Source: Bacteroidia bacterium
GTDB lineage: Bacteria > Bacteroidota > Bacteroidia > Flavobacteriales_D > JAUILH01
DNA length: 64,000 nt
Direction of reading: 5' to 3'
Assembly: GCA_030433115.1 (NCBI GenBank)
Contig: JAUILH010000002.1
Location: 4,744-68,743 of the forward strand
A program made the position numbers and the translations under genes. Under the pieces are notes generated by a model. It was not told the DNA's origin. It searched no databases and saw nothing but the letters and a program-made list of their open reading frames with translations. Of the stretch, positions 36,656 through 45,472 are shown in pieces (the stretch's first letter is position 1; the number at the start of each line of letters is the position of its first letter).

Positions 36656-36806
36656 TTTCAAAACACCGAAAAAAGTGAAAGAAAAATCAGATAATCCTAT
36701 ACATTTGGTCTTGCTTAAAAATCATGATAAAGTGGTTTTGACACTTTGACAATCAATGATGCCTGGAACCTTAATTTTACACCAGCAATTAAAATTTAAA
36801 GTCAAT

Positions 36807-39191
36807 ATGAAATTTTTAACCGCCTTGTGCATGTGTGTTGGAATCAGCTTCCATACGTTCGCTGCAGATATCTACATCTATAACTTTGGAACATCTAACA
36901 ATTCGCTAGAAGACGCCCTTAACATCATTAAGACAAGTTATGTGGATGCCAACAATAATGCGACAGAGGCCATCAACATCTACCTTGTTAATAATTGGGG
37001 AGACGTTCAAATAACTGATTCCGGGAATACTTTGAACTGGGATGTTTCAGGTACTTCTCAATATCCAATAACCATTACTTCTTACAGTTGCAGAACAACA
37101 TTGACTCGAAATTTGGATTCGGGTCCAATGCTTTACATGGAACAAGCTAACTACGTCAATATTATTAATGTAGATTTTAATGCCGTCTCTTCAGGAGCTA
37201 TTTTAATTGATAATTGCGACCACCTTAACATTTCTTACTGCTCCTTCCATGGCAATGGTACAGCAGTACCTGCCCCCGATTCAGGAATTATATGGATCGG
37301 AGTAAACCATAATTATGCCGGTCAGAACACGGAGACCTCTGCTTACAACAAGATTACAAATAATTACTTCCATTCATTGGATTATTTGACAGAGAGTTTT
37401 CATCATCATGGAATCTACTTCTCTAATGGCGCACATCACAATACGTTTGCGTATAACTATATAGATCGACCAGCCTCTTTTGGCATCCACGGGTATCACG
37501 GAGATTTCCAAGACAATTATTTATCGACCAATCTTATTATCAGGAGACCAAGAGTTAACAATCAAAACGCAACGGGCGTTATTTTTGGTTCTCAGAATGA
37601 TTTAATTACACCTGGTGTTACATATGACAACGGTGCTCCGGGGTCTATCCACGGTAATAATGCAGTCAATAACTACATCTTTGATGATGAAAATAATCAC
37701 GATGGGGTAGATATTGAGACAGTCTTAGCTGGAAATAATTACGAGAGTGGAAACAAGCGATTTGACAACCTTTACCCAAATGATCCATACTGGCTGGGCT
37801 ATAACGCCAGTAAAATTACAGCCCGTATGGTTTCCGGAGACTTTGACAGAGATGGAGTTGAAGATGATGTAGCGGCATTTTACGATTTGAGCGGACAAAC
37901 GAAAATTCATGTTTGGGAATCGCTGGGGGCAGATAATGCCTTTGAGTATTCATCTTCAAACGGATGGTGGCATGGCAGCTCGTATACTGCTTCCAACGTG
38001 AGTAAGCGCGTGGTCTCAGGTGATTTTGACAGAGACGGAAAAAAGGATGACATTGCTGCTTTCTACGATTATGGCAGTGGACATACAAGGATACATGTAT
38101 GGACATCAAATGGAAGCTCATTTAACACACCTCAAACATGGTGGATTGTTTCTGGTTATACGGCCGGACAGATTTCCGGACGTCTAGTATCCGGAGACTT
38201 TGACAGAGACGGATATGAAGATGACATTGCTGCATTTTATGATTATGGCGGGGGACAGACAAGAATTCACGTTTGGACTACCAATACTAACTTTTGGGGC
38301 ACGGGCATCAGCTTTAACTATCAAAATTCAACAGGCTGGTGGAGCACTTTTGGTTACACTGCCGGTCAAATAACAGATAGAGTTGTTTCGGGTGACTTTG
38401 ATCGGGACGGGTATAAAGATGACATTGCCGCATTTTACGATAATGGTGGCGGGAATACGAGTATCCATACCTGGAGATCAACAGGATCTTCCTTTACGTA
38501 TTCCAACAGCTTTGGATGGTGGAATACATCCGGGTATGATGCCAACAAGATCACTGGAAGAGTTGTGTCCGGGGACTTTGACAGGGATGGATATAAAGAT
38601 GACATTGCCGCATTTTATAAAACTGGCACACACTCCACCCAGCTACATACATGGAGGTCTACCGGTGGAAGTTTCAGCTACTCAGGAAGTCCCGGGTGGT
38701 GGTCATCTAATGGATATACACCCGACAACATAACCGGACGAGTTATTGCAGGGGATTTTGACAAAGACGGAAAACTGGATGACATTTCCGCTTTTTACGA
38801 CCACAGTAGTAATTGCGGCAATGTCAGGAGTAATGTTTGGCAAGGAACAGGAAGCAACTTTACCTATATTAATTCGTCGATGGGCTACCCATGGATGACT
38901 GGCTATACTTTTCTTCGAAACCAAGCCTATGTTGATGAACCAATGGAAGAAACTGTGTTGTCAGAACTGAAGGTACTCGTTTATCCGAACCCTGCTACCG
39001 ATCGACTTACCATAGAGCTAAATGAAAAGGCACTTGTTCAATTTTCAGATTTAAATGGTAAAATAGTTTATAGCAATTATTTAAATCAAGGAAGTTCAAG
39101 TATTGATATTTCAAACTTTTCAGCTGGAATTTATGTTTACTCTGTTCTTTCGGATGGTCAGACGAGTCGTGGTAAGGTTGTGGTGAAATAG
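36807..39191 (+). CDS. T9SS cargo protein: parallel beta-helix N-terminal domain, six FG-GAP/VCBS-like repeats (beta-propeller), T9SS CTD
   Basis: I prefer the start at Met18 (36807; MKFLTALCMCVGISFHTFA). The beta-helix region includes NISYCSFHGNG, ITNNYFHSL and NTFAYNYIDRP. There are six copies of VSGDFDRDGxxDDIAAFYD...xIHVW. The C-terminus is VLVYPNPATDRLTIEL...VVVK. Confidence 0.9.
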   Translation: MKFLTALCMCVGISFHTFAADIYIYNFGTSNNSLEDALNIIKTSYVDANNNATEAINIYLVNNWGDVQITDSGNTLNWDVSGTSQYPITITSYSCRTTLTRNLDSGPMLYMEQANYVNIINVDFNAVSSGAILIDNCDHLNISYCSFHGNGTAVPAPDSGIIWIGVNHNYAGQNTETSAYNKITNNYFHSLDYLTESFHHHGIYFSNGAHHNTFAYNYIDRPASFGIHGYHGDFQDNYLSTNLIIRRPRVNNQNATGVIFGSQNDLITPGVTYDNGAPGSIHGNNAVNNYIFDDENNHDGVDIETVLAGNNYESGNKRFDNLYPNDPYWLGYNASKITARMVSGDFDRDGVEDDVAAFYDLSGQTKIHVWESLGADNAFEYSSSNGWWHGSSYTASNVSKRVVSGDFDRDGKKDDIAAFYDYGSGHTRIHVWTSNGSSFNTPQTWWIVSGYTAGQISGRLVSGDFDRDGYEDDIAAFYDYGGGQTRIHVWTTNTNFWGTGISFNYQNSTGWWSTFGYTAGQITDRVVSGDFDRDGYKDDIAAFYDNGGGNTSIHTWRSTGSSFTYSNSFGWWNTSGYDANKITGRVVSGDFDRDGYKDDIAAFYKTGTHSTQLHTWRSTGGSFSYSGSPGWWSSNGYTPDNITGRVIAGDFDKDGKLDDISAFYDHSSNCGNVRSNVWQGTGSNFTYINSSMGYPWMTGYTFLRNQAYVDEPMEETVLSELKVLVYPNPATDRLTIELNEKALVQFSDLNGKIVYSNYLNQGSSSIDISNFSAGIYVYSVLSDGQTSRGKVVVK
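37812..38890 (+). repeat. Six in-frame tandem FG-GAP-like repeat units of about 55-65 aa each
   Basis: The motif (V/I)(S/A)GDFD(R/K)DG(x)(x)DD(I/V)(A/S)AFY(D/K) recurs six times with conserved GWW...GYTA...I.GR linkers. Confidence 0.85.
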
Positions 39192-39381
39192 CCCAATATA
39201 CCTCACAGACTCCTTTGACATCATTGTTTTTAAGTGTAAAAGCCTAATGGTTTTGTATTGAAATAACCGGAACCTGCAAGCATGAAATTGCTGAGACATA
39301 TGAAAAGATGTCTACGTATCTCTAACTAAAAGTTCAAAATCCCCATCCAATTTGTAACTTGCCAATCTTCACAATGGAAGT

Positions 39382-41241
39382 ATGTCGCAGCTCAAATTTG
39401 CATTTACCTGGTCCTTAATATTTCTCTATTGTTTCGGGTGCTATGCTCAAAACGACTATAAAAAAGAGATTGACTCTTTGCACGCTCTGGTCGAGGATCC
39501 ATCTCGATCAGATTTGAAGAGGGCGAAGGACTACGTAGAGTTGTCCTCTTTTTACTTTCGACAGAACATTGATACGGTTGTAACTATATGCATCAAGGGC
39601 ATTAATTTTATTAATACCTGCAGTAATTCCAGAGAATCATCTATTCAAATAAGTAAATCCAAGCTTTGGATGAACATTGGATTTACATACTATTACCTCA
39701 ATAAGTTGGACCAATCTATTGAGGCTTTTTACAAATCTTTGGCGATTGCCGAAAACCATAGAGATCTCAAAACCATTGCGGATGTAAAAACAAATATTGC
39801 GAACGTAGAAATAGATTTGGAAGAACTAGAATCTGCCGAAAGGAATCTAAAACAGGTGCTCTTACTACAAAATGAACTTAGAGATTCTGCCGATATTGGA
39901 AGAACACTCAATACCTTGGGCTATATCTACAGAATATCTGGAGACAACAACCTGGCTCTTGATCACTATAAAAGAGCTCTGTACATAAGAATTGCTTCAA
40001 AAGATAGAATAGGTGAAGCAGCCTGCTACAACAATATCGCCTATATTCATCGGTCTGGAAAGCACTTTGAAAAAGCCATCGAGTATTATGACAAAGCGAT
40101 TGCTATTTATGAGGAAGAAAATGCACTCAATGGAATCGCTTTACTGTATGGGAATCGGGCCAATTGTTATTTGGAAATTGATGAGATTGAACAGGCCCTA
40201 AGCAACGCGCACAGGGGCTATAATTTGGCAACTAAACAAGGCTCAAAGAAAGATCTTATGTACCTCTCTGAAGTACTCTACACCATCTATAAAGAAAGGA
40301 GCAATTACAAGTTAGCGCTACATTATTTTCAGGAGTTTAATGCCTATAAAGATTCAGCAACATCTCAAAAACACTATAAAGAACTGATCAATCAGAAGCT
40401 TCAGTATGAATACAAGGAGAAGGAAAAAATCCTGGCTCTGGAGCATGAACAAGAGACACTCCTAAAAGAAAAGGAGCATACATATGCTATTGAGCGTTCA
40501 AAAGAAGAAAACAACAAGCTCTATTTTATAATTGTTACCGTATCTATTTTACTACTTGTCGTTATTGGTTTTCTGGTATATCTCAACAAACAAAAGCGCG
40601 TCATTCAAAGACAAAGCAAGGAATTGGAACTAATTGCCCTCAGGACACAAATGAATCCGCACTTCTTATTCAATAGTCTTAATTCAATTAAACTCTCCAT
40701 TATAGAAAACGACAAGGAGTTGTCTACTCATTACCTCACAAAGTTTTCAAAACTAGTACGACTGATACTGGAAAATTCCAATAAGAGCTTAATTTCATTG
40801 GAAGATGAACTAGAAACAACCAAGCTTTACTTGGAATTAGAACAGCTCCGTTTTAAAAATAAATTTCAGTTTAAAATTAATACCAATGCTGATATTTTGA
40901 TAGAACTTCCCCCATTGGTACTTCAGCCATATGTTGAGAACGCCATTTGGCATGGCATTATGCATTTAGACGGAGGTGGCCTGATAACAATTCGCACCTA
41001 TGAAGATAAACATGGCATTTGCATAGAAATCGAAGACAATGGTATTGGAAGAAAAAAGGCGACAGAGATAACTAGTGGTCAAGATCAAAAACAATCGATG
41101 GGTATGGATATCACTCAAAAGCGAATCCAAGCTTTGAACGAAATTACAGGAGTAAAACCCATAATTAAAATTGTTGACCTTGAGGAAGATCTAAAAGCAT
41201 CTGGTACCTTAGTAAAAATTTCTATTCCTTTCTATGAATAA
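39382..41241 (+). CDS. Sensor histidine kinase, LytS/YehU-type (extracytoplasmic TPR domain, one TM helix, His_kinase and HATPase domains)
   Basis: It has a signal peptide and TPR repeats (e.g. AIEYYDKAIAIYEE). The TM helix is LYFIIVTVSILLLVVIGFLVYL. LRTQMNPHFLFNSLNSI is the PF06580-type H-box, and QPYVENAIWHG...EIEDNGIG is the ATPase region. Confidence 0.88.
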   Translation: MSQLKFAFTWSLIFLYCFGCYAQNDYKKEIDSLHALVEDPSRSDLKRAKDYVELSSFYFRQNIDTVVTICIKGINFINTCSNSRESSIQISKSKLWMNIGFTYYYLNKLDQSIEAFYKSLAIAENHRDLKTIADVKTNIANVEIDLEELESAERNLKQVLLLQNELRDSADIGRTLNTLGYIYRISGDNNLALDHYKRALYIRIASKDRIGEAACYNNIAYIHRSGKHFEKAIEYYDKAIAIYEEENALNGIALLYGNRANCYLEIDEIEQALSNAHRGYNLATKQGSKKDLMYLSEVLYTIYKERSNYKLALHYFQEFNAYKDSATSQKHYKELINQKLQYEYKEKEKILALEHEQETLLKEKEHTYAIERSKEENNKLYFIIVTVSILLLVVIGFLVYLNKQKRVIQRQSKELELIALRTQMNPHFLFNSLNSIKLSIIENDKELSTHYLTKFSKLVRLILENSNKSLISLEDELETTKLYLELEQLRFKNKFQFKINTNADILIELPPLVLQPYVENAIWHGIMHLDGGGLITIRTYEDKHGICIEIEDNGIGRKKATEITSGQDQKQSMGMDITQKRIQALNEITGVKPIIKIVDLEEDLKASGTLVKISIPFYE

Positions 41242-41980
41242 GTTGAGAGCGATAATTATTGATGATGAGGCGCATTGCATCAAAACATTGCAATGGCAAC
41301 TAGAAAAGTACTGTCCGAATATTCAATTGATTGTGACTTTTGATTCTCCAAGAGATGGTTTGACTTTTTTGAGGGAAAACCCGATTGATTTATTATTTCT
41401 TGACATTGACATGCCAGGCATGACTGGTTTTGAATTATTGGAAAAAATTGAAAGTCCCAACTTTGACATTATTTTTACTACTGCACATGTACAATTTGCC
41501 TTAAAAGCCATTAAAATCAGTGCGTTGGATTATTTAATCAAACCTATTGATGACGAAGAATTAAGGCTTTCGGTAAATAAGGCTAGTGAAAAGAAACAAC
41601 TGTCATCACTCACTTCAATTTCTCATTTACTGGAACAGATAAAAAAGCAATCGGTTTCGGATCGCATTTATCTGCCTACAATTACAGGTTTGGAATTTGT
41701 TGACATAACGTCAATCAATCGCTGTGAAAGTGACAGCAATTATACCACTTTATTTCTTGAACAAGGCAAAAAAATCATTGTATCCAAACCCTTAAAAGAA
41801 ATTGGGGACATGCTCAAAACTAAGCAGTTTTTTAGGGTTCATAACTCACATATAGTGAATCTCAAAAGAGTTGGAAAATATGTAAAAGGAGATGGTGGTC
41901 ACTTAGTGATGCAATCCGGAGAGGTTATACCTGTTTCAAGATCCAGGAAACAGGCTCTAATGGATCATCTAAAAACATAA
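41234..41980 (+). CDS. LytTR-family response regulator (REC plus LytTR DNA-binding domain)
   Basis: The REC domain includes IIIDDE...DLLFLDIDMPGMTGFELL. The LytTR domain includes FFRVHNSHIVNLKRVGKY...IPVSRSRK. It overlaps the kinase gene by 8 nt. Confidence 0.92.
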   Translation: MNKLRAIIIDDEAHCIKTLQWQLEKYCPNIQLIVTFDSPRDGLTFLRENPIDLLFLDIDMPGMTGFELLEKIESPNFDIIFTTAHVQFALKAIKISALDYLIKPIDDEELRLSVNKASEKKQLSSLTSISHLLEQIKKQSVSDRIYLPTITGLEFVDITSINRCESDSNYTTLFLEQGKKIIVSKPLKEIGDMLKTKQFFRVHNSHIVNLKRVGKYVKGDGGHLVMQSGEVIPVSRSRKQALMDHLKT

Positions 41981-42021
41981 AGGCAGGCAGGCTTTAAACC
42001 TACCCGCCCTTATACTATATA

Positions 42022-43119
42022 CTATTTGCAATCTATAGCCCTTGGATGTGAGAAGTTATAAATTCCTGAGCAATACACATCTTCATACCCCGCCCCGTTG
42101 TATTGTGCTCTGAAAATATACTCTTGAACGTAGCACATACCATTTTCGAAAGTTGATTTGCAATATGCTACGATATTTTTCTCTAAAACAGCCCCTGTTA
42201 CTTTGTGATGAACAATGTTCCATTTTGAACTTCTGATTTTTACTGCTGAAAACTTTTCTTTATAACCATTACTGCTGCCAAAATATTGCACTTTTTGTAG
42301 CAAATCTTTTTCCAAATTTGCATCAGTCATACCTGCTTTATAGTCAGAAAATGTCACGCCTAATTCAGGCGCAAATTTTTCTCCGGAAGATTTTGTCAAC
42401 GTAAACTCACCAACAGCCACATTCTCTTCGGTAGAATATTTTGGGCTGCTACCTTGGTCATAGGCTATGACCTCTACTCTTATTTTGTGATTTCCTTCAG
42501 ATAATTTCTGCATGTGGTTGATCCACTTTAAACTAGGTTGTTTTTCTGATGTGACCGGAGAAATGTATCCTGTATACGCTGTTTGAGTAGATTTAAAAGG
42601 AACTTCTACCTGAAACACGATATCATCAATCAACTCGCCATCAATGAATACCTTCACTTTATGGGACCCATAATTATTAATTTTTGGTGTCCCTGTGCTT
42701 TCTCCCTCATACCATTTTTTAAAGGAGTTGTCGTAGTAATATCCTTTATTGATACTTCCATTATTATCAAGTGGATATAAGAGTTGATTTCTAAAAGACT
42801 TAGGCATAAAAAAAGTGAAATAGATAGATTCATTGATTCCAAAACTTGTTTTCACGTCAGACTGGGTAATGTCTTTAGGCTCCATTCTTTTATTCATAAA
42901 TACAACCTGATTGATGTTCGCTTTGTGAAAATCGTTAATAATACCATCATCTGGCACCAGCCCTGGTCGCATTAAAGCCCAGGTTTCTTCTTCATTTAAA
43001 TCTGAGCCCTTAACTTTTCCACGGGTTTTAGTGAGTCCTATTTTATCTTTCCAGGTTTGTCCATAGCCCTGTCCAATAGCCAATAATGTACCGATTGCAA
43101 TAATACATAGAGATTTCAT
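42022..43119 (-). CDS. Hypothetical exported protein
   Basis: The 365-aa ORF has the signal peptide MKSLCIIAIGTLLAIGQGYGQ and belongs to no family I recognise. Its start overlaps the stop of the phosphatase remnant (ATGA at 43116-43119). Confidence 0.6.
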   Translation of the reverse strand: MKSLCIIAIGTLLAIGQGYGQTWKDKIGLTKTRGKVKGSDLNEEETWALMRPGLVPDDGIINDFHKANINQVVFMNKRMEPKDITQSDVKTSFGINESIYFTFFMPKSFRNQLLYPLDNNGSINKGYYYDNSFKKWYEGESTGTPKINNYGSHKVKVFIDGELIDDIVFQVEVPFKSTQTAYTGYISPVTSEKQPSLKWINHMQKLSEGNHKIRVEVIAYDQGSSPKYSTEENVAVGEFTLTKSSGEKFAPELGVTFSDYKAGMTDANLEKDLLQKVQYFGSSNGYKEKFSAVKIRSSKWNIVHHKVTGAVLEKNIVAYCKSTFENGMCYVQEYIFRAQYNGAGYEDVYCSGIYNFSHPRAIDCK

Positions 43120-43665
43120 ACAGATTGATTTTTTATTTTGAGCGTCAAACTTAATTGGGAAGAATGGTCATTAACTCCCGAAATGAGTAGTTGGTGGATT
43201 TGAATCTCTGAATAACGTATGTGCGATTTAACTAACACATGCACTCCAATAACACATACGTCATCAAGCTGCTCAATGCTTCCTTTCCAATCTTCGAAGG
43301 CGGCATCTATCAATTCCCCTTGTTTCTCGATGGTTTTATCCTGCAGTGATAGTAGAAGACGCTTGAAATTAGTTGCTTTTAGCTTTTTACCGCCCGGTCG
43401 ACCACTTTCTCCTCCAAATTGATCCGCATAGCCATCGGAGAAAATGTAAATCACATCATTTGGTTCTAAAATAATTTCTTGTTCAGTGAAAGTCACTGCT
43501 TACCAAGTCTTTTGGTTTATACAACACAAACATATCTCCCATATTGGTTTTCAAATCTTGAACAGAGGCAATATGGCTTTTTGAAGGCGTTCCGTGTATT
43601 AAACACTGTCGCTGATTTTCTGGTGTGTTTCTTCTAGTTTGAGATGTTGAAGCTCATTTTTCGAT
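43116..43665 (-). pseudogene. Decayed SpoIIE/PP2C-family serine phosphatase gene (N-terminal sensor lost, internal deletion, frameshift and stops)
   Basis: An intact C-terminal piece remains: VIYIFSDGYADQFGG...KKLKATNFKRLL...WKGSIEQLDDVCVIGVHV. My own translation upstream in two other frames gives KNELQHLKLEETHQKISDSV*YTERLQKAILP and then MFVLYKPKDLVSSDFH*. These correspond to the pre-domain YAxxIQxAxLP and the FxxxxPKDxVSGDFYW start of the domain. The roughly 110-aa catalytic core between them is missing. Confidence 0.72.
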
Positions 43666-43774
43666 TTTGCGCTTCAACTGAGGCTCTTTGCTCATGAATG
43701 ATATTTTTTTGCCTAAAACTTTATTGAAGTGGTTACTTCTTGACTTATTTGACATAAAGCAAGTAAACTGTGTT

Positions 43775-44755
43775 ATGATGAATGATAATAGGCTCTTGCT
43801 GCTTGGTTTACATGTCATGTTGTGTTTAACGTCTTACTGTCAAATTCAGATTCCAAAATTTGACACATCCAAATCGGAATTTCCTTTATTCGATCAACAA
43901 TTATATATAGCTGGAGCAAAATCGGTTAAAGTTGTTGATGCCGGAGTTTACTCTGACTGGAAAAGGTTTACCAATGAGTCTCATTTTGACAGGAAAGGCA
44001 GGGTTAAGAAAAGATACTTTGCCAATGTAGGTTGGGTAACATATGATTATACCTTTTCTGAATCAGATATGTTGCTCAGTGTTGGTAAGTATATATATCA
44101 ATACGACGATAATTCTCGTCTGAGAAAAATACTTCACGACACCTTAACTTTAAGGGAGTTCACTTACAAAAAGTGGGGAGGTATTCAATCTGTAAAAGAA
44201 TATAAAGGTGATACAATTTATTCCATTAAAAAGTATGAATATGATGAGAATTCAAGATTGATCAACGTCTTTTACAACAATGTTTTAACTAAGGAATACG
44301 CATATTATAAAAACGATTCTGTACAATGGATCAAAGCCTATAGAAATGGACAATTATTTCAGTTTAGGGAATTTGAATATGAAGTATTGCCAAAAGAACC
44401 AGCATATGACCATTACTTTTCGCGGGTAGAACGAGAAACTAGAACAACCTATTCCCTTCATGACAGTGCACCTGAGATAGACACCTATCATTTTTATTTC
44501 AATAGAAGAAATCTGCTAAGTAAGATTGTAACTGATCAAGGTTTTTCTAGTATAAACGGGGTTTCTATTGAAACTGTGACGTTTAATGAAAATGATCAAA
44601 TAACCAGAATTTCGCACCATCTGAGCAATAAGGAGAGTTCAGGTTATCAAGAACGCATCTACAATAGACAGGGTATTTTGAAAAAAGTAGTTTGGTATAC
44701 CAATAACGGCGAGGAAAAAACCAGGGAATTTACTTTTTCATATAAGTTGTATTGA
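43775..44755 (+). CDS. Hypothetical exported protein with YD-repeat-like motifs
   Basis: I prefer the start at Met30 (43775; MMNDNRLLLLGLHVMLCLTSYCQ). The motifs YQYDDNSRLRKI and YEYDENSRLINV resemble YxYDxxxRL of YD/RHS repeats. Confidence 0.55.
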   Translation: MMNDNRLLLLGLHVMLCLTSYCQIQIPKFDTSKSEFPLFDQQLYIAGAKSVKVVDAGVYSDWKRFTNESHFDRKGRVKKRYFANVGWVTYDYTFSESDMLLSVGKYIYQYDDNSRLRKILHDTLTLREFTYKKWGGIQSVKEYKGDTIYSIKKYEYDENSRLINVFYNNVLTKEYAYYKNDSVQWIKAYRNGQLFQFREFEYEVLPKEPAYDHYFSRVERETRTTYSLHDSAPEIDTYHFYFNRRNLLSKIVTDQGFSSINGVSIETVTFNENDQITRISHHLSNKESSGYQERIYNRQGILKKVVWYTNNGEEKTREFTFSYKLY

Positions 44756-44797
44756 TCAGTTCCATTATCATGATTTTTTCACATCAACATAAAAACT

Positions 44798-45370
44798 ATG
44801 AATTATAAATATGTATTGTGGAGTATTCTGTTGCTCCTAAAAACACCTGTCATTTCTCAGTCCAAAGTCGGATTTAGCCATGAAATTGGAATGAATTATT
44901 TGGTTGCCGACTGGGATGACAATACATGCCTCATGTATTCTCCCGGACTCTATTTACGGATGAATCAGGATAACGCGATCACACTTAAATTCAATATCTC
45001 CGCTAGTGGATTTCAGGATGAAAATCCGCTGGTGATTGACATGCTCAGAGTAAGAGACACCCCATTTTTTCTCGGGTATCATTGGGGATCGGGCTCATCT
45101 ATTAACTCAGAAAGAACACTAGGATTTCATATGGGAATTGGAATAAGCAACTACAATTATTTGAGGGTTCGTGATGATCATGGCATATCACAGCCCACTC
45201 GAGAAAGTCATACTGTTATCTCACCATGCATGGAATTGGGTCTAAATACAGCCTTGTTCAATTTTGGAATTTATACCATCATGCCAAACTCCAACACCAA
45301 GCTTATTCTAGGTTTTTATTTACGCGGAGGTCCTTTTTTTATTGGAGACATTATAAAAAGTATGAAATAG
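44798..45370 (+). CDS. Hypothetical exported protein, possibly a small beta-barrel
   Basis: The 190-aa ORF has the signal peptide MNYKYVLWSILLLLKTPVISQ and alternating hydrophobic strands. The function call is weak. Confidence 0.45.
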   Translation: MNYKYVLWSILLLLKTPVISQSKVGFSHEIGMNYLVADWDDNTCLMYSPGLYLRMNQDNAITLKFNISASGFQDENPLVIDMLRVRDTPFFLGYHWGSGSSINSERTLGFHMGIGISNYNYLRVRDDHGISQPTRESHTVISPCMELGLNTALFNFGIYTIMPNSNTKLILGFYLRGGPFFIGDIIKSMK

Positions 45371-45472
45371 AGGTCATAAGGTATATAAGAGCGGATTGAG
45401 TTCGAACTTTTGGGAGGATTTGAGTTTGGTAGAGAGGATGGTCCTAGTGTGAAAGTATGGCTAAGCTGCGTT

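Noticed and set aside
39282-39329. 15-codon mini-ORF (MKLLRHMKRCLRISN) about 50 bp upstream of the LytTR-system kinase, considered as a possible signalling-peptide precursor
   Set aside because: It is far too short to support. It has no double-glycine or other leader motif, and it contains a 6-bp hairpin (agacat/atgtct) that explains the local sequence equally well.
41981-42021. Possible terminator hairpin (ggcaggcagg...cctacccgcc) between the convergent regulator gene and the 365-aa gene
   Set aside because: The stem has two mismatches in 10 bp and no flanking T-run, so the evidence is too weak to report as a feature.
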